Assembly: GCF_000002075.1 (NCBI RefSeq)
Contig: NW_004797280.1
Span: forward strand, 1,628,701-1,691,073
Reading direction: 5' to 3'
DNA: 62,373 nt
Source: Aplysia californica
Lineage: Eukaryota
The notes below the pieces were generated by a model, which worked only from the letters and a program-made list of their open reading frames with translations, searched no databases and was not told the DNA's origin. A program made the position numbers and the translations under genes. Positions 1-13,500 of this stretch are shown here, piece by piece. Positions within the stretch are counted from its first letter, which is position 1. Each line of letters opens with the position of its first letter.

Positions 1-2147
1 GGGGGGCGGGGAGAGGTGAGAAGAAGGAAGACGAATGACGAAAGTAGCGTCGTATACATCTGAGTGTGAAAAGGTGTGTCCATAGAGAGATGGTACACCA
101 GACAGCAGACAAGTTTGCTGAATCAGTTCAAATGGTAGACAAGCTTGTGTAAGAAGACGGGATCTTTTATTGTGGAAGATTTTCGTTTCAATGGAGTGTT
201 TGTTTTCTTTGAAAGGAAGTAGGAGGAAAGGGTGGGGGTGGGGTTGCTCTCAGTGTTAGATTACTTTTCTAATAAATCATTCAACTGTTTGTTTTCTCTG
301 AAAGTACTCATGTACATTCAGTTCGTGTCCCTCTGCAATGTGCTGGTATAGCCAGTGAGCCATGAATGTTTGATTTTTTATTTTGTTTCTGTGGGTCGAG
401 GTTGATCAAAATACAAATTGTACATCATGTACCAAACGAGAGGGGTCAAAATACCAAAGGTGAAAATATTTAGGGTTTTCTTTCGACGCGTTGTCTTTTA
501 TTACTTGCTTTTCTCATTCTAATATTTTAAATTTTTAAAGTTCTCAGAGTCTACGCCACAAGAGAAGTTCCTATGATACTCGGTGACGTCCTGTTGTTCA
601 TCTGTTATTTTTTTAATTATAAAAAAAAGAATAAAGTCCGCGTTGCCCAAGTCCTGATCTGATTCCCGAGTTACGAGCGCTCCGCAATCCGTCAGTGTAT
701 TGCTGTCTTCTCAGTGAGCTTTTGTCAGTTCAAGTCCTGGAGTAGTTGGAATCTGCCACTGGTTGACCCTAGTTTTTGGTCTCCTGTTCTATTGTTTTGT
801 GCTGGGTTTTTTTGTTGTTTTGTTTTTTTGGTGGTGGTTGTTGTTTGTTGGGGGGGGGGGGGAGTTGTTTGTCTTTTTTTCTGTTCTCAACTTGTAGGGA
901 TGATGGTGTCCATCAAATCTCTGCCAAGACCAATCTGACCTTCCTTAGTATGTCATAAAGCTACGTCATAAATTAGTGGACTCTGCAAGTAAATTTCCAG
1001 GTGGAAATACAGAAATGATTATTGCTTGAGTCATGGCAAGGTGTGAAAAATAGCCCCCCACCCCCTCCCAACATCATTTAACTATAGCTTATATGATAAG
1101 TTGGAGGACGAGTCCATTGTCGCGGGAGGTTGATGACATGGACTCTGTCCCATATTGTACTGGGGTGAACTCCGCTTACCTTACTCCCACACACGTGTAC
1201 AAGGCCACTCACTTGCTCGCACACACAAGGTACGCTGATAAGTGGTATATAGAGAGGTCGACAAAGTTGGGGGTTGCTTGGGTGAGGGGCGGAAGGGGGG
1301 GGAGGGTTGAGGAGGCAGAGGTCTAAGAAAGAACTGTGCCTGACTGTTGTGTGTGTACCGCATTTGCTATTACGTACCTATCTCCTCTCTGATCTCTTGC
1401 CAGAGTATGCGTATCGTAATGCCCGTTAACTTTGGTGTGAGGCGGTTCTCCATGGCGTGTCGTGGAGGCTGGGGGCGCCTGGCTCATTCCAGCCTCACCT
1501 GTCGTCTGCTGGCAGCTGCTGGGTTCAGAGCCCGGCACAGGAAGAGTTGCGTGACTTGCCGCGACACTGGAAAATTCCGGTGTATGGGCAGCAACTCATA
1601 GATAGAAATGGTATAGTGGAAATAGTTCCCATGTTATGAGTTACTCCCCTTATTTCGTTTGTGCGATAATGTCTCCGGTAGTCTGTCTGTGTCGTGACGG
1701 TACAGTGGTATATATTAATATATGAGCGTACCTACAGATGTAATTAATGCTATATCTGTGCATGACTGTAATTCAACAATATTTATGTTTAACTCAGAAC
1801 CTCCTTCTTAACATTGCCTCTATAATCTGCATTTTTCATCTCCCTTTTTTGAGTGCACAATAATAGTCACCATTAGATCTTTGTGCTTCATATCAACTCA
1901 AAATGAGAGTTCCTGTACATTGTCTGGCCTGGGATGATGTTTGTGTGAATGTTCGGTTTTCAGATATTCATTGGATAGTGAGAGAAAGAGACTGATCAGT
2001 GGAAAGGTACAAAGACTGTCAGTTTATCATGTAATTCTAATAGTGTTCAAATATATGTCATTTTCTGAGAATAAGAAAATGTCCCTTTTCAGTTGACTTG
2101 TTGTTGTTTTTTGTCCACTCAATTTTCATGCTTTTTTTTTCATACAG

Positions 2148-2206
2148 AAACCTCAGCAATCCTCAGTTCATGGGTACACTTCTTGACATCTTCAACATGA
2201 TTTTAG
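2148..2206 (+). CDS. UTP15: UTP15 (U3 snoRNA-associated protein 15) penultimate coding exon; gene begins upstream of the window
   Basis: Acceptor ttttttcatacag and donor G|gtaag. Reads (R)NLSNPQFMGTLLDIFNMIL, matching my recollection of the UTP15 C-terminal domain (human [20 protein letters not shown]). Splices in frame to 3627. Confidence 0.8.
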
Positions 2207-2375
2207 GTAAGATTTGTAATACTTTTTACACCCTTAGTGGGAGGCCACTAGTGACTATTCTCAAAGTTTACGACATGTAACTTGCAACATACATTTTGTT
2301 ACTCCAATTGCAGGTACGAGTTATTACCATGGACATTGTGAACTATGGACTTTGAAAATGACACTCTGAATTTTA

Positions 2376-2560
2376 GTGGGTGGTTGGCGGGTGCTCTGGT
2401 GTGGTTTGCTCCTTCTTTCCTATCAAACATCTATCGTCCTTATCTCCCCTCCTTCTTTTTTATGTTTGTTACTCTCTTGTAACACCTCTAATCTTCTGGC
2501 GCTCATATGACCTTATGCAGTTGCGAGCGCCGTAAAACCTCTACTAAAACAAAACAAACA
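2376..2560 (+). mobile_element. ~185-nt short retroposon (SINE-like module) with hairpin tail
   Basis: Related copies at 15270, 36822 (minus strand) and 61385/61490; AAAC-type tail; flanking direct repeat tctgaatttta (2365, 2561). Confidence 0.85.
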
Positions 2561-3626
2561 TCTGAATTTTATTATTGTTGTAATCTCATGTGTGCATGTA
2601 AAGTGAAACCCTGTTATGACCTGCTTCTATTTGATATGAGATACTGACAATTAATTTGTTTTTACTCTCTTTTTGTTCAACTAAATATCTTTTTATGAAA
2701 TATCTTTGCATATTAAGATTTTGGTTTTCTGCAGTTTCTTTAGGCTCTCCATTTTTGCAATTATCTGTTGTGGATCCTAATGATCCTTTCTTAAGATGTT
2801 GCACTGTTCATAACTGTGGTATAACGAGATAGCACTGATTGTCATCTTGACTAGTTGTAGACTAGAAGAGACCAGAGACAAACATGTGCAGGGGAAAAAC
2901 GAGTAGCAACCAAACATGTACAGCTTCAGCTGTAAGAGCTAGGATATATGTGTCAAGAACCCTGTAGACGTATATTTTTTAAAAATCTAATACTTGTCAT
3001 TGTTTATTTTGTCTAAGACCTGTCATATAAACTTAAAAATCAATCCTCACAATATAAAAGCCTCACGGGCGCCCGCCAGCCTTTTGGTCATCAGGCTGAT
3101 ATCTGGAGACTAGATATCTGCAGGCACTTCGAGTTGATGCAGTTGCTTTGAAGTTTCACCAGGCGACTTAGAAATTTAATTTCACTTTTTAAAAAGATAC
3201 TTTCCAAAGCCTAATTTTATATAATAGTATTTTCATTATCAGCATAAATCAGGAGCAAATTGACGACAAGCACTAGAAATAGGCTGAGTTTACAGAGACT
3301 TGTGTTGGGCAGAGATTATCCAGCAGTCATCGAGTGGTTGCCATGTGTAGTGTCTCTGGCGGTCAATTGACTGGCGGTATAACAGAGCAAATTTACACTA
3401 TTTTGATAAGGACTGTACAACTCTGACAGTTAGAGGATGGCAGAGTAATGAAAAAAATTACCTTTTAAAACCTGAAATAGAAATTACTGTTTTTGTGCAA
3501 GGTAGCCATGCTCTTAAAACTTTTATCTATGTATTGTAAAATTATGCATCTTACTTTTAACACATTGCCTTGGAAAAAGCAAATTCGATTCAGCTTATTT
3601 TCCATTTTTAATTGCTTTCTCCACAG

Positions 3627-3970
3627 ACATTTATGGCATGTCAGAACTGGTGAACAGTGGCCCCATACAGTCTTTGATACTGCGAATCAAAGAACTGATT
3701 AATACAGAAGTCCATCTGATGAAAAGTGTCCAGGAGATCATGGGCTCCCTGAATCTCCTATTCAATGCAGCAGAGAACAATGCTGTTCCCACAAGAAGCT
3801 CATCAGTGGAAAAAGTTGAAGACATGGAGATAGACACAAACCTCACCAATGGCAGATCCACCGTGGGCTCAAAGTCCAAGGCCAAGAAGGAAGGCTCTGA
3901 CACTGAGAGAAAAAGTACATTGATGTCTATAGGATCGTTAGCATCATCAAATAATGGTGTTAATGTTTAG
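3627..3970 (+). CDS. UTP15: UTP15 terminal coding exon
   Basis: Acceptor ttctccacag. G|AC gives DIYGMSELVNSGPIQSLILRIKELINTEVHLMKSVQEIMGSLNLLFNAA..., similar to the recalled human [47 protein letters not shown]. Followed by a low-complexity tail and TAG. Confidence 0.8.
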
Positions 3971-4133
3971 TTGCAATCTCACCATTATTCTGTTTTGTTA
4001 TGAAAGGCATTTATGAAATTTAAGTATGTTTGAATGTTTGTGTAACTGAAATTGAATTGAGAAATGCTGCTCTGGTTGTGTGTGTAAAAGGGTGTGGACT
4101 GCCTGAGAAAGAAGCTGAATGTTTGGGCTGTTG

Positions 4134-4139
4134 AATAAA
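4134..4139 (+). terminator. Polyadenylation signal for UTP15
   Basis: AATAAA about 165 nt after the stop, followed by T/GT-rich sequence. Confidence 0.6.
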
Positions 4140-6039
4140 TTCTTTGTTGATTTGACAAATTTGTTCCAAGTATTTATCTCTGTCTGACTTTGTTATTCAT
4201 GTGATTTGTGACTAACCTGTACTTCACCTGTGCTGTTCTGAACTTTGCATGGCAATTTTCCAATGACATGGGAAAATGCATCAACAGAGGGGTGTAATTG
4301 TGTTATAATTCATTGTCTGTGGTCAGTAGTTAGAAGAGAGCAAAAGTCCTTTTGCCAGAATGTAATGGGGCTGATGACTTTGAAAAGATCAGCTACCTTT
4401 TCTATTTGTTTAGGATCTTGACTTGTTTTATGCTCCTGAAACCAAAAAAAAATCACAAAAAGGATGTTTTCACAACCTTTCCTGTTGCTGAGAACATGAG
4501 TTTTAGGTTGAATGTGGGTTCCAAAGCAAAAGTGTGCATAAAAAACTATTTCAGATTTTTAAGGGTAGATAATGTTTCAAACTACGACTACCATAACCAA
4601 TGCAGTAAAATCTAAGAGTTGTTTGACATTTCTGAAGAGCCTTTCAACTACTTCAAGATGGTAGCAGCATTTCTATGGCAATTAAAAGGTCAATTTTGTG
4701 AATCAGTCTTTCTAACCTGATTTTTTATCCATACCTGAATTATATTCTGAGTTCAGTAACATAACATTGAGAAATGAATAAACATGTAATTGAATCTTCT
4801 ATTGCACAGCCTCTTCCTTACAAAATGCACATAGGCCTAAGAACAATGTTTAGAGCAGGGAAAAAGCAGCTGGGGAATAACATTAACAAATACATGTAGA
4901 TAATAACTTGGAAATTCAGTGTACCAGCAGCACCCTCCCACTAACATTATCTTTAGCAAACCTAATGTTGACAGCAATGTTCTTACTATTTAATTTCCTG
5001 TCTGTCACTCAGACGCATTTCAGAGAAATGTGTCTTGTAAACTTTAGCCCAACTGCAGTGCTCTATAATTATTATGAAGAAATATTTCTTTAAGCGGCAT
5101 ATATTTCTCATACTGATCACCTCATCTCTTTGAGTTAGAGTCTTATAATTTCGTATTCCTCCAAAGGCATTGAAAGTATCTTTGGTTTCCCTCTATACAA
5201 TTCGAAAGAAAAAAAAGAGTGTTTTTTTGTAATAAAAGAGGAGACAAATAAGAAGTGTGCTGTACAGAACAATCAATGAAAGTAGAAAAGAAATTTTTTT
5301 TAAAGGAAAAAATTTCAATTTTCAAACCCCATTGTGAGATTTGTTTTTCCATATTTGTTCATGAAGTTGTGCACCTTTCTAGACTGTGGAAGTATTTTTG
5401 GAGGCAATATGCTCCTCTTTTTTCGTCACAGAATTGTATTATATAGTCTAGCACACACAGCAAATACGCACACAGCGAGATTCACTTTAGTTGTGTGCTG
5501 GGAGTCTGCAGTTGCATGAGAGCAGGTATCCGATATTGTCATCATATGCATCAGTGCACTTCCTCTTCAACAGAGATTACACACTACGCAACTGCTTGTT
5601 GGTATTCTATAAAGTAATGTCAAGGTGAAGTTTTAGGAGAGAGAAGATAACGTCGGAGCTAAAGATGCGGAAAGGCTTCTTATTCGCGAAAAAAAAAAAC
5701 GGCTGGTCCCAGCATGGGTGATGGAAAAATCAATGACAAATACCCTAATCTGCAAATCTAAACAACTATGAACCCAAAACAAATGTTGGCGTGGCTTTGT
5801 GGGCATAATTAAAGTAAAATTTTGATCCAGTAGTCCAACTTTGCTCGCTTGATATAACCTGGAATGTGCAGATTGCGAAATTCGTTCGTCATATCAAAAG
5901 GATTTTCATGTTCTGCCGATTTCGCGATGTGCGTGGTAGACTGCACGGGTATGTAATATCATAGACCGCGCACTCTGAAGTAGTTCCGATTTGAATCAGT
6001 TTGGATATGTGTGTATGTGGGGGAGGGGGGGGTACGCCC

Positions 6040-6242
6040 ATAGACCCAATTTCGATAAGTTAGGATACGGTCTTCCAACCCTGACTGTCATGGCCAACCT
6101 GGACTGAGGAGAGGGATACAAGTTAATACAACATCCCAGCAGAGAGACCGAGATACTCGATACAAATTCTAGCCACTCGGGAATTATACTTGGATCTCCT
6201 GCTTCCGACAGCAAAGCGACTAACCGCTGCACCACGGACACA
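6040..6242 (-). mobile_element. tRNA-derived SINE, 5' part
   Basis: Reverse complement gtggtgcagcggttagtcgctttgctgtcg (A-box-like) and cagtccaggttggccatgacag match the copy at 60861. Confidence 0.7.
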
Positions 6243-6569
6243 TTTGGAGCCAAATGAAGAGCAAGGGGGGAAAGGTGCCAAGTGCACTCAACTATTATAG
6301 TGAGAGTAGCGTTTTGCCCTTCATTTTTGAGCCCTCGTGGTGCACACACTTTGCAGTGCAGTTTTATAAACACCAAAGAACGGTGGGCATGACGGAGAAC
6401 GATCTATGGCATTAGTAGCACTAAAAGCAGTATGATTTAAGTATATTTTTTTAACTGAGTAAATTTGTCTTGCCTTTTTCAAGTCAAGTACACATCCCTT
6501 GAACACCCATTTTAAGCTGTCGCGCTGACAGTTTGTGATCGTGCCTTCCCTGACAAGCTACATTTTTGG

Positions 6570-7128
6570 TGTTTGTTTTGGTAAGTGTTGTATTTTACGG
6601 AGCTCGCAACTGCATAAAGTCATATGAGTACATTATACATGTATGAGCTCACGAGACACTTTGATTTTGAAGCATTTTCAGTCTGGTAGGAATTAATTTT
6701 GAATTTTGCCAGGGTGACCGCCGAAGCCTACTCTTGTCGATTTGAGGACCACTTAGGGATAGTTTGATGTGCGCAACTTGCTCACTGGACCTCCGAGAGT
6801 TTTTTCTCCCATATATCCAAGAAGGCTAGGTGTTAGATCTTACCTACCATAAGATCACGGGTGTGGCTGCCAACCAGCAGTAAAAAGGAGCCAGGAGTAG
6901 CTGCAGAAAGAGTTAGAAGCCCAAAGTAGGGGGGAAAAGGGGAAGGCAGAAAAGAAAGTGGAGATAAAGCAGATGACAGAAAATTTCTTAGAGAGCAGAA
7001 AAGGAGGTGAAAGGGAATTTTAGAGAAGAAAGTGCATGTATTCCGTCGCTTTCAGGTTTCAAACCAGAGGCATATTGAATGATGATGAATGAGAGCCGAA
7101 CATCGTACCTCTTCACCACGAGAGCCTA
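6570..7128 (-). mobile_element. Degenerate SINE carrying the shared hairpin tail
   Basis: 6570-6631 is the reverse complement of ...ctcatatgactttatgcagttgcgagctccgtaaaa; a tRNA-like A/B-box remnant lies near 7050-7128. Internal continuity is uncertain. Confidence 0.45.
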
Positions 7129-7173
7129 ATGACTATTAGACAAAAGAACAAATAAATAAGCTTCCTACAGTAT

Positions 7174-7174
<1 letters not shown>

Positions 7175-7208
<34 letters not shown>

Positions 7209-7232
7209 AAACAGAGAGAGAGAGAGAGCACA
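7175..7232. repeat. (CA)n plus (GA)n microsatellite
   Basis: Read directly. Confidence 0.95.
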
Positions 7233-10200
7233 CGCGACACTGCAATGCTCTCATAGAGCACGGTCATGCAGTGCCGCCCAAAAATTTTTAATGTTCAATT
7301 TCGAAAAGCATCCACAAACATAAAATAAAAGAAGTCAGAAACAAACGCTGGCCAAATATTAATTTAAAACAAGGTCGTCGCTCTGGCGCCTTAACTGTCA
7401 TTTCTGTGTCAAAAGCGCCGTAAAAAAACATCTACTATAACTTGCCAAAGTCCAGGCGCTTTAACTCAACGTAATAGGATATTCAACAGTGGTAACCTGA
7501 CCTACAAATCGCTATTTGGGATAACCCAAACGATGACGACACTCGTAGAGAGTTTGGCGGTACATTGATTAATAAGATGGCACATCTCAAACGTGCACCC
7601 ACGAGACATAGCCCACAGCCAAGACAGATTAAGGCTCCGTCTTGGCCCACAGTAGGTAGTCTAAAAATGAACGTGATAGACCGTACACTATTATGTGCCA
7701 AAATTATGTGATCCCCGGAGCAATTCAGCGGAGTGCTCAAGTCAATTGTGATTAGTTCATTGTCTTGCCACTATTATAAGCGACACTGTGACCGTGAACC
7801 TGAGGGAGGTGAACGTGACATACTTAAGTCACGTCCTGCGTCCTGTGAGTTGTGCCTTTGAATGGTTTCGTAGTGGAGTAGTGAAATTTATTACTTGAGT
7901 GTTCAGTTCAAATGCAGGATGAAGAAACTGGTGTTTAGCCTACAAACAGATTTAGGTCTAGAAATCAAAGTGACAATCCATTTACTATGCCCTTGACTAT
8001 CTTCAACCTGTTGTAGCTTGATAATTAATACAATTATTGTGCACGCCCACTTTTTAGCCCCAAGCGCCGCCCCTGCTGCAATGATATTAATACAACTTTA
8101 TACATCATGTACACATTCGCAGCTAGATTGGATATTCCTGCATGGACGGGGAATGATACATTCCTAATTATAAGAAAAACACGTTGAACACATCGATAAC
8201 ATAAGACATTGTATGGAGAATCTAAAGATATGGAAATTTCAGTAGCACCTTCCCTTAAGGTACGGTTGGTAAGATTGAGCATAAAGACGTAAAAAACCTC
8301 GGAGGTCCGGTATGCACGTTGCACTCGTTAAAGATCCCGTGACGGCAGAAAATCGCAGAAAAGTAGTAGGCCGTATAGGCCGCCACTCGGGCAAAATTAA
8401 TAAAATTCACAATTTCTCCACCATGAAAACAGGTCTCTACAACATCTGTAAAATAATAATAAGACACACCCTTACACATTCCTTGATTCCAAACTTTGAG
8501 GCATGTGAAGGAAGTCAAGATCTGAAGGGAGGGTAATAGTCCATTGGTACTCTACTTCCTCGACGTCAACCGACAAGGCAAATATGTATCATACAGAAGT
8601 CCTGCTTCACAATCGTCCGTCTTGATGCAAAAGGCCATAGTACAGTGCAGTAGTAGTAGGCTAATAATAGCCTAGGGCTATGTATATATTGCACACCAAG
8701 AGGCCTTACGGAAGAACTAAAACAAGTTTATTCCCGAAAGAGAAGAAGACAGAGAAACTAGAAACACCCTTAGCAGCTTATAAGTCTCTATAAACCTATT
8801 AGGCCTAGATCTCGGCCTGCGCGTGTATGCCTATTAGATTTATATCATGAACGCGGATCCTCTGTTACAGAACAACATGTTCAATTGTAGGTAGATATAT
8901 GCTATGTAGGAGGTTAAACAGTAGCTAGTAGGGCAGGTATGTAGGCCTAAGCACTGCATTCCGTCTCTGGAGAACAAATCAACTATGCTGCGCTGGTCTA
9001 TATTTCAATTTGAGTCACTTCTGACCAGTGCACTGCATTTTTTTTATTTTGACAATTATTTATTTTGTAAGCTTATGTTAAAGTGAGAAACGGAGCGTTA
9101 CAATTCTTTTTGCCCCAACGGCTAGGCCATCTCAGTCCTGAGAAAGCCTAGCCCAACGGGCAAATGTGGAAAAAACACGCACATAATCGACGGTCAAATT
9201 TGTCATCAGAGAAGATCGTTTGATTGTAGGTAGTGTAAAAAGACTTCACATGAGCACCACGCTATCATCATACAGAGTGCACGAAACAGGAAGAAATTCA
9301 GGCAAGACTAGATAGTTGATGGAGCCTACGCATCATACCAGCAGCCTTAATAAAAAGAACAAATTATTTTGAATATTAATTGTGTATTACCTGTATCATA
9401 ACAGCAGGCCTATTCTGAATTTGGGGTTCTGTAATATAATAATAGTAGTCCATATAATATTATCGTGACCCTTAGGCTAGACTTAGTCTATCTTTATTCT
9501 CTTTCCTGTATTATATAAAAGGCATACGTTACCGTTTTCTTTGCGTTTATTAACTGTATCATGTATCGCTTTTTAATGTTCTAAAAGAGTCCATTTTGAA
9601 TAACAGAAACTTGGCGAAGACAAAAAGAAATCACGTTCAAAACTCCATTGCAGAAGGCCTATAAATTTTGGTGATTGTCAACGGTAACAGTGTTGAGAAA
9701 AAACATTGAAACAATAATTTTTTGTTTCTTTTCTTGTTGCAAAAAAGTAGGCCTTTAACGACTGGCCGAACGAAAAACAATATAAGAATTCTAATTTTCA
9801 GATACCTAATATTACAATCTTTATAAAAGATAAGTTACTGAAAGTCGTAAGTTAGATGCGGGTTTTTGATAATAGCAGGGATTTTTCCAGAAATATGGCA
9901 TTAACATTGAAACGCAGAAAAAAATTAAAGAAAGAAAGGGGCTATCAAAAGTAAGGTGGACATAGCTGAAGCATTTAAATTTAGTATTATATATAAGACG
10001 TGAAACATGCAAATTATAACAATCTAAGAGTCAATGGGTAGGCCTAGAGATCACACTGGTGGATGTTTCATAGATATATCTGGCACGTCTTACAGCAAAG
10101 ACTACTACGCACGCAGGTAAAACGTAGGTAAACACGCACATAGCCATTTTTTGCTGCATATAATTGCGATTCTAAACTTTGAAGATATCCCCCCCTGCCC

Positions 10201-10299
10201 CCCCCCCCCCCCCCCCCCCGTCCGCCCAATTTTTTTTTTTGCCCTGCCCAACCCCCTTCACAAAAATACTCAAGTTAGACGATATATCCACCGAGGGTG

Positions 10300-10454
10300 T
10301 CATTGGATGTAGAACACCGTTTTTTTCAAAGAGGTGCTTTATGCGCCATCTATTTTCAAGTCACATGACCTTGGTTATACCGTCTGATTGGCGCTTTTTC
10401 CGACCAACCTTCTGTATTGTCGGAATCATAACAAGCTTGTCGTCTTCAGCCATC
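10300..10454 (+). promoter_or_regulatory. Probable CRTC proximal promoter / 5' UTR
   Basis: Inverted CCAAT boxes (ATTGG at 10302 and 10387), palindromic E-box GTCACATGAC at 10360-10369, locally CpG-richer sequence just before the ATG. Confidence 0.5.
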
Positions 10455-10565
10455 ATGGCGAACCCTCGGAAGTTTAGCGAGAAAATAGCCTTGCACACTC
10501 AAAAGCAGGCTGAGGAGACAGCTGCTTTTGAGGCTATTTTACAAGAAGTTAATTCTGCTACCAGG
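10455..10565 (+). CDS. CRTC: CRTC exon 1, TORC_N CREB-binding helix
   Basis: [37 protein letters not shown]; donor AGG|gtaatt; phase 0. Confidence 0.97.
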
Positions 10566-13500
10566 GTAATTTTCTGATGCTCATAATGGACTTGATCTAG
10601 GGATTCATCTGAGAACGAGACTTGTGTCTGTGTTTGCACAAAGTAGAGTGCGATGTGTGTGTTGTTTTGTACGCCCAATTGTTACACACTGCACACTTCG
10701 GTACCCCAACACGCAACACGGTCTTACCGCACGTCTGTCCTGAATTAAACTGAACATTACTGGCCCAACAACACACTATTATCAAAACGACAATGTAGTT
10801 AGGCTTTTGGTTATTGGCTTATTGAGTTTCGGAATATATTATCCGTTCAAGAAATTATGACCATGTCTGGGCTGGGTTCTAATTTTTGGCAAGCTATTGA
10901 CTGCTGTTCAAAATGTTGACCAGGTCTAGTGTCAGATTTTGTTATTGTTTGTCTAATGGCAAAGGTGGAACTGGATGTAGATCTAGTGTTTGATTTTCTG
11001 GGCACTGTTTTGATAGATTTCCTTGAAAGATTGGGCCTACTGGTGCGCAATGGGTTCATAATCCTAAGGCAATTTTAAAACTTGATTCTGTAATCTGATG
11101 GTTCTTTGCCGCAAAATTGCAGCACTGATCGCTCACACAGCTCACGGCCACGCATAAATTTGTTTTCGGACATGATATCGACTGTCCTGGAATCTAGTCC
11201 TAGTTGTAGCTCTAGCCCTAGCCAATTTCAGATCTATCTAGAATTGTAATGGTTTGGGCCATCTCTATTCTCACCCCAGGTGAGAATAGCACAGGCGAGT
11301 CTTTTGGCTATTCTCACCCTGTGTGCGTTCACCGCCTAGATCTAGGCCAACCAGTGTTGCGTTCATCCTGAACCACAGAATTCTACACTGTGATTACAGA
11401 ATTGTAGAATTCTGAGCGGGGAACAAACGTTCCATTACTACTGTTAGCCTAAAAGAAAAGTGTGCAATTTTGTCTGTGGGCAGTGGAAAGAGAGAGAGAG
11501 AGGAGTAGCGCAAGAACTTCCGGGCAACACAAAATGGCGACCCACGTAGTTCGGCTCGATTCGAAAAGTTAAATAGCCGTAGCATCTTGTAGACGACCAA
11601 ATTAATTTACTTTTGTGTTTTAACATCATTTTTTAACTTTGTTTTGGTCAATTTGATCGTCCACACCGATAGACAGTATTCAGAAAGAGACAGAGAGAGA
11701 AGAGGGGAGGAGTAGATCTTGCGAGAACTTCCGGGCAAAAGAAAATGGCGACCCGCGTATTTCGGCTCGATTCGAAAAGTGAAATAGCCATAGCACCTTT
11801 GTAGACGATCAAATTAGCTTTCTTTTGTGCTTTAAAGGTAATTTTCTTCTTTGCTTCTTTCGGTATTTTTTTACTTTCCCTCCCGTCTCACACTCAGCTA
11901 CCAGTTGTCTATTTTCTACTAAATATTGATGCGCTGAACACGAATATCAACTTCATTTCCGTCGCAAATTAATAGTTTTTGAAATATTTGATTGTTTTTA
12001 ACCGAGATAGACATGCTTTGGACCAATCGGGGGGTTCCAGGGGGGCCTGCCCCACTGGGGTAAAAGAAAATCTGGGGGGTTACAGGGGGGCATGCCCCCG
12101 TTTTTACACCCATAATTTGATATTTTACAGTTAAATTTGAAATTGTATTGAAAATAATTGATTTGCGACAGTTTTAGTGGCTTTATGTGTGATCTGCAGC
12201 AAACAGTACAGCAGTTTGACCCCTGAAACAGTGCATCTGTGTGCGGGAGTGAAAGTAAAAATTTACCCTTCTTTCTATTAATTTGATCATCCACATCGAT
12301 AGACAGTATTCCGAAATAAGGGAAAACAGGTCTTGTTTCACATCGGGTGAGAATAACCAACGGTGGCAAGTCTCACCCAGGGTGAGAGGTCGATCATATT
12401 TTTATTCCCACCCCGGGTGAGGATAGCCACTTCCAATGGTTTGCTAGATTAAGTAGGCCCTATTTTAGACTATTAGGCCTTTTGAATTCGCAAATGTGGG
12501 GTCATGCTCTAAGTCTTCTAAGAGTAGATTTGCCTCGTCTGATCCTGCTGTTCAATTACCGCGCCTGCCATAATTCTGTCAGGTAGTAAACAGTATCCAG
12601 ACTGCTAGTACACTACTTGGTCACGGACCCGTGGGAACAATGCTAGCTATGAGATGATACGCTTCTAAAGTCTAAAGGCATAGTATAGTAGGTTTAGTGA
12701 AAGATCATGACTTTGTTGGTCTTTATTGCTTTTCCAATGTATAAGAGTTAAGATGACCATTCCCCTCTTTTGTTTTTGAAACAATTTGTTCTATAATACA
12801 GTCAAACCTGTGTAAGATGGCCACCCATTGTCAAGGAGAAAAGTGGCCGTATAAGACAGGTGGCCTTCTTAGGCAGGACTGATCAAGATGAAGAAAACAA
12901 ACCATTCCCATCTGAGTCCCCAATCGAAAGTAGCCCCATTGTTGTTGTCTTTGTTGTTGTTGTTGCTTTGTATTTCGTTTGTAGTTTTCATTTTGTTGCT
13001 GCTTTTGCACAAACAAGGGTGACAATAAAACGAAATGTATCAGACTTAAGGAAGACTGAGTGCTGGGGTAAAACAAACACATGGGTCGCCACCACTCGGA
13101 GAACGAGGGGCGCTTCAGTAACAAGTTCATGTTGACGTCCTTTGTTACTTTGTTACAGACTGGGTAAACAGTGACCACTCATCTCACTTACGATTTGTGT
13201 ATGAGTTCTGGGCGGGGCTTATGGGTTATGAGGGATCACACACTTCCCTCACCAGCAGCTGAAAATTGGTAGCTATTGGTCAACAGTGGGAGGGGCGTAC
13301 GCAACATGATCGGTTGGAGGGGCTACCTAACAATAACGACAGGTGATTGAATTATTTATGACGGCTCGCCCACAACGCCAGGGGCCAAAGCACAATTTAT
13401 GACAAAACGTAATGGAGTCATTAAGGTGGCCGTCTAAGACAGGTGTTATTGTTTAGTGTGATAAGGGTTGTGTGTTAAATTATTGTGGCCGCGGCCGCGT

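Noticed and set aside
8561-8568. Near-CRE (CGACGTCA) suggesting CRTC autoregulation
   Set aside because: A single imperfect site ~1.9 kb upstream; expected by chance.
10179-10454. In-frame upstream extension of CRTC exon 1 (poly-Pro)
   Set aside because: Starts at TTG and runs through a poly-C tract and promoter motifs; the family N-terminus begins at MANPRKF (10455).
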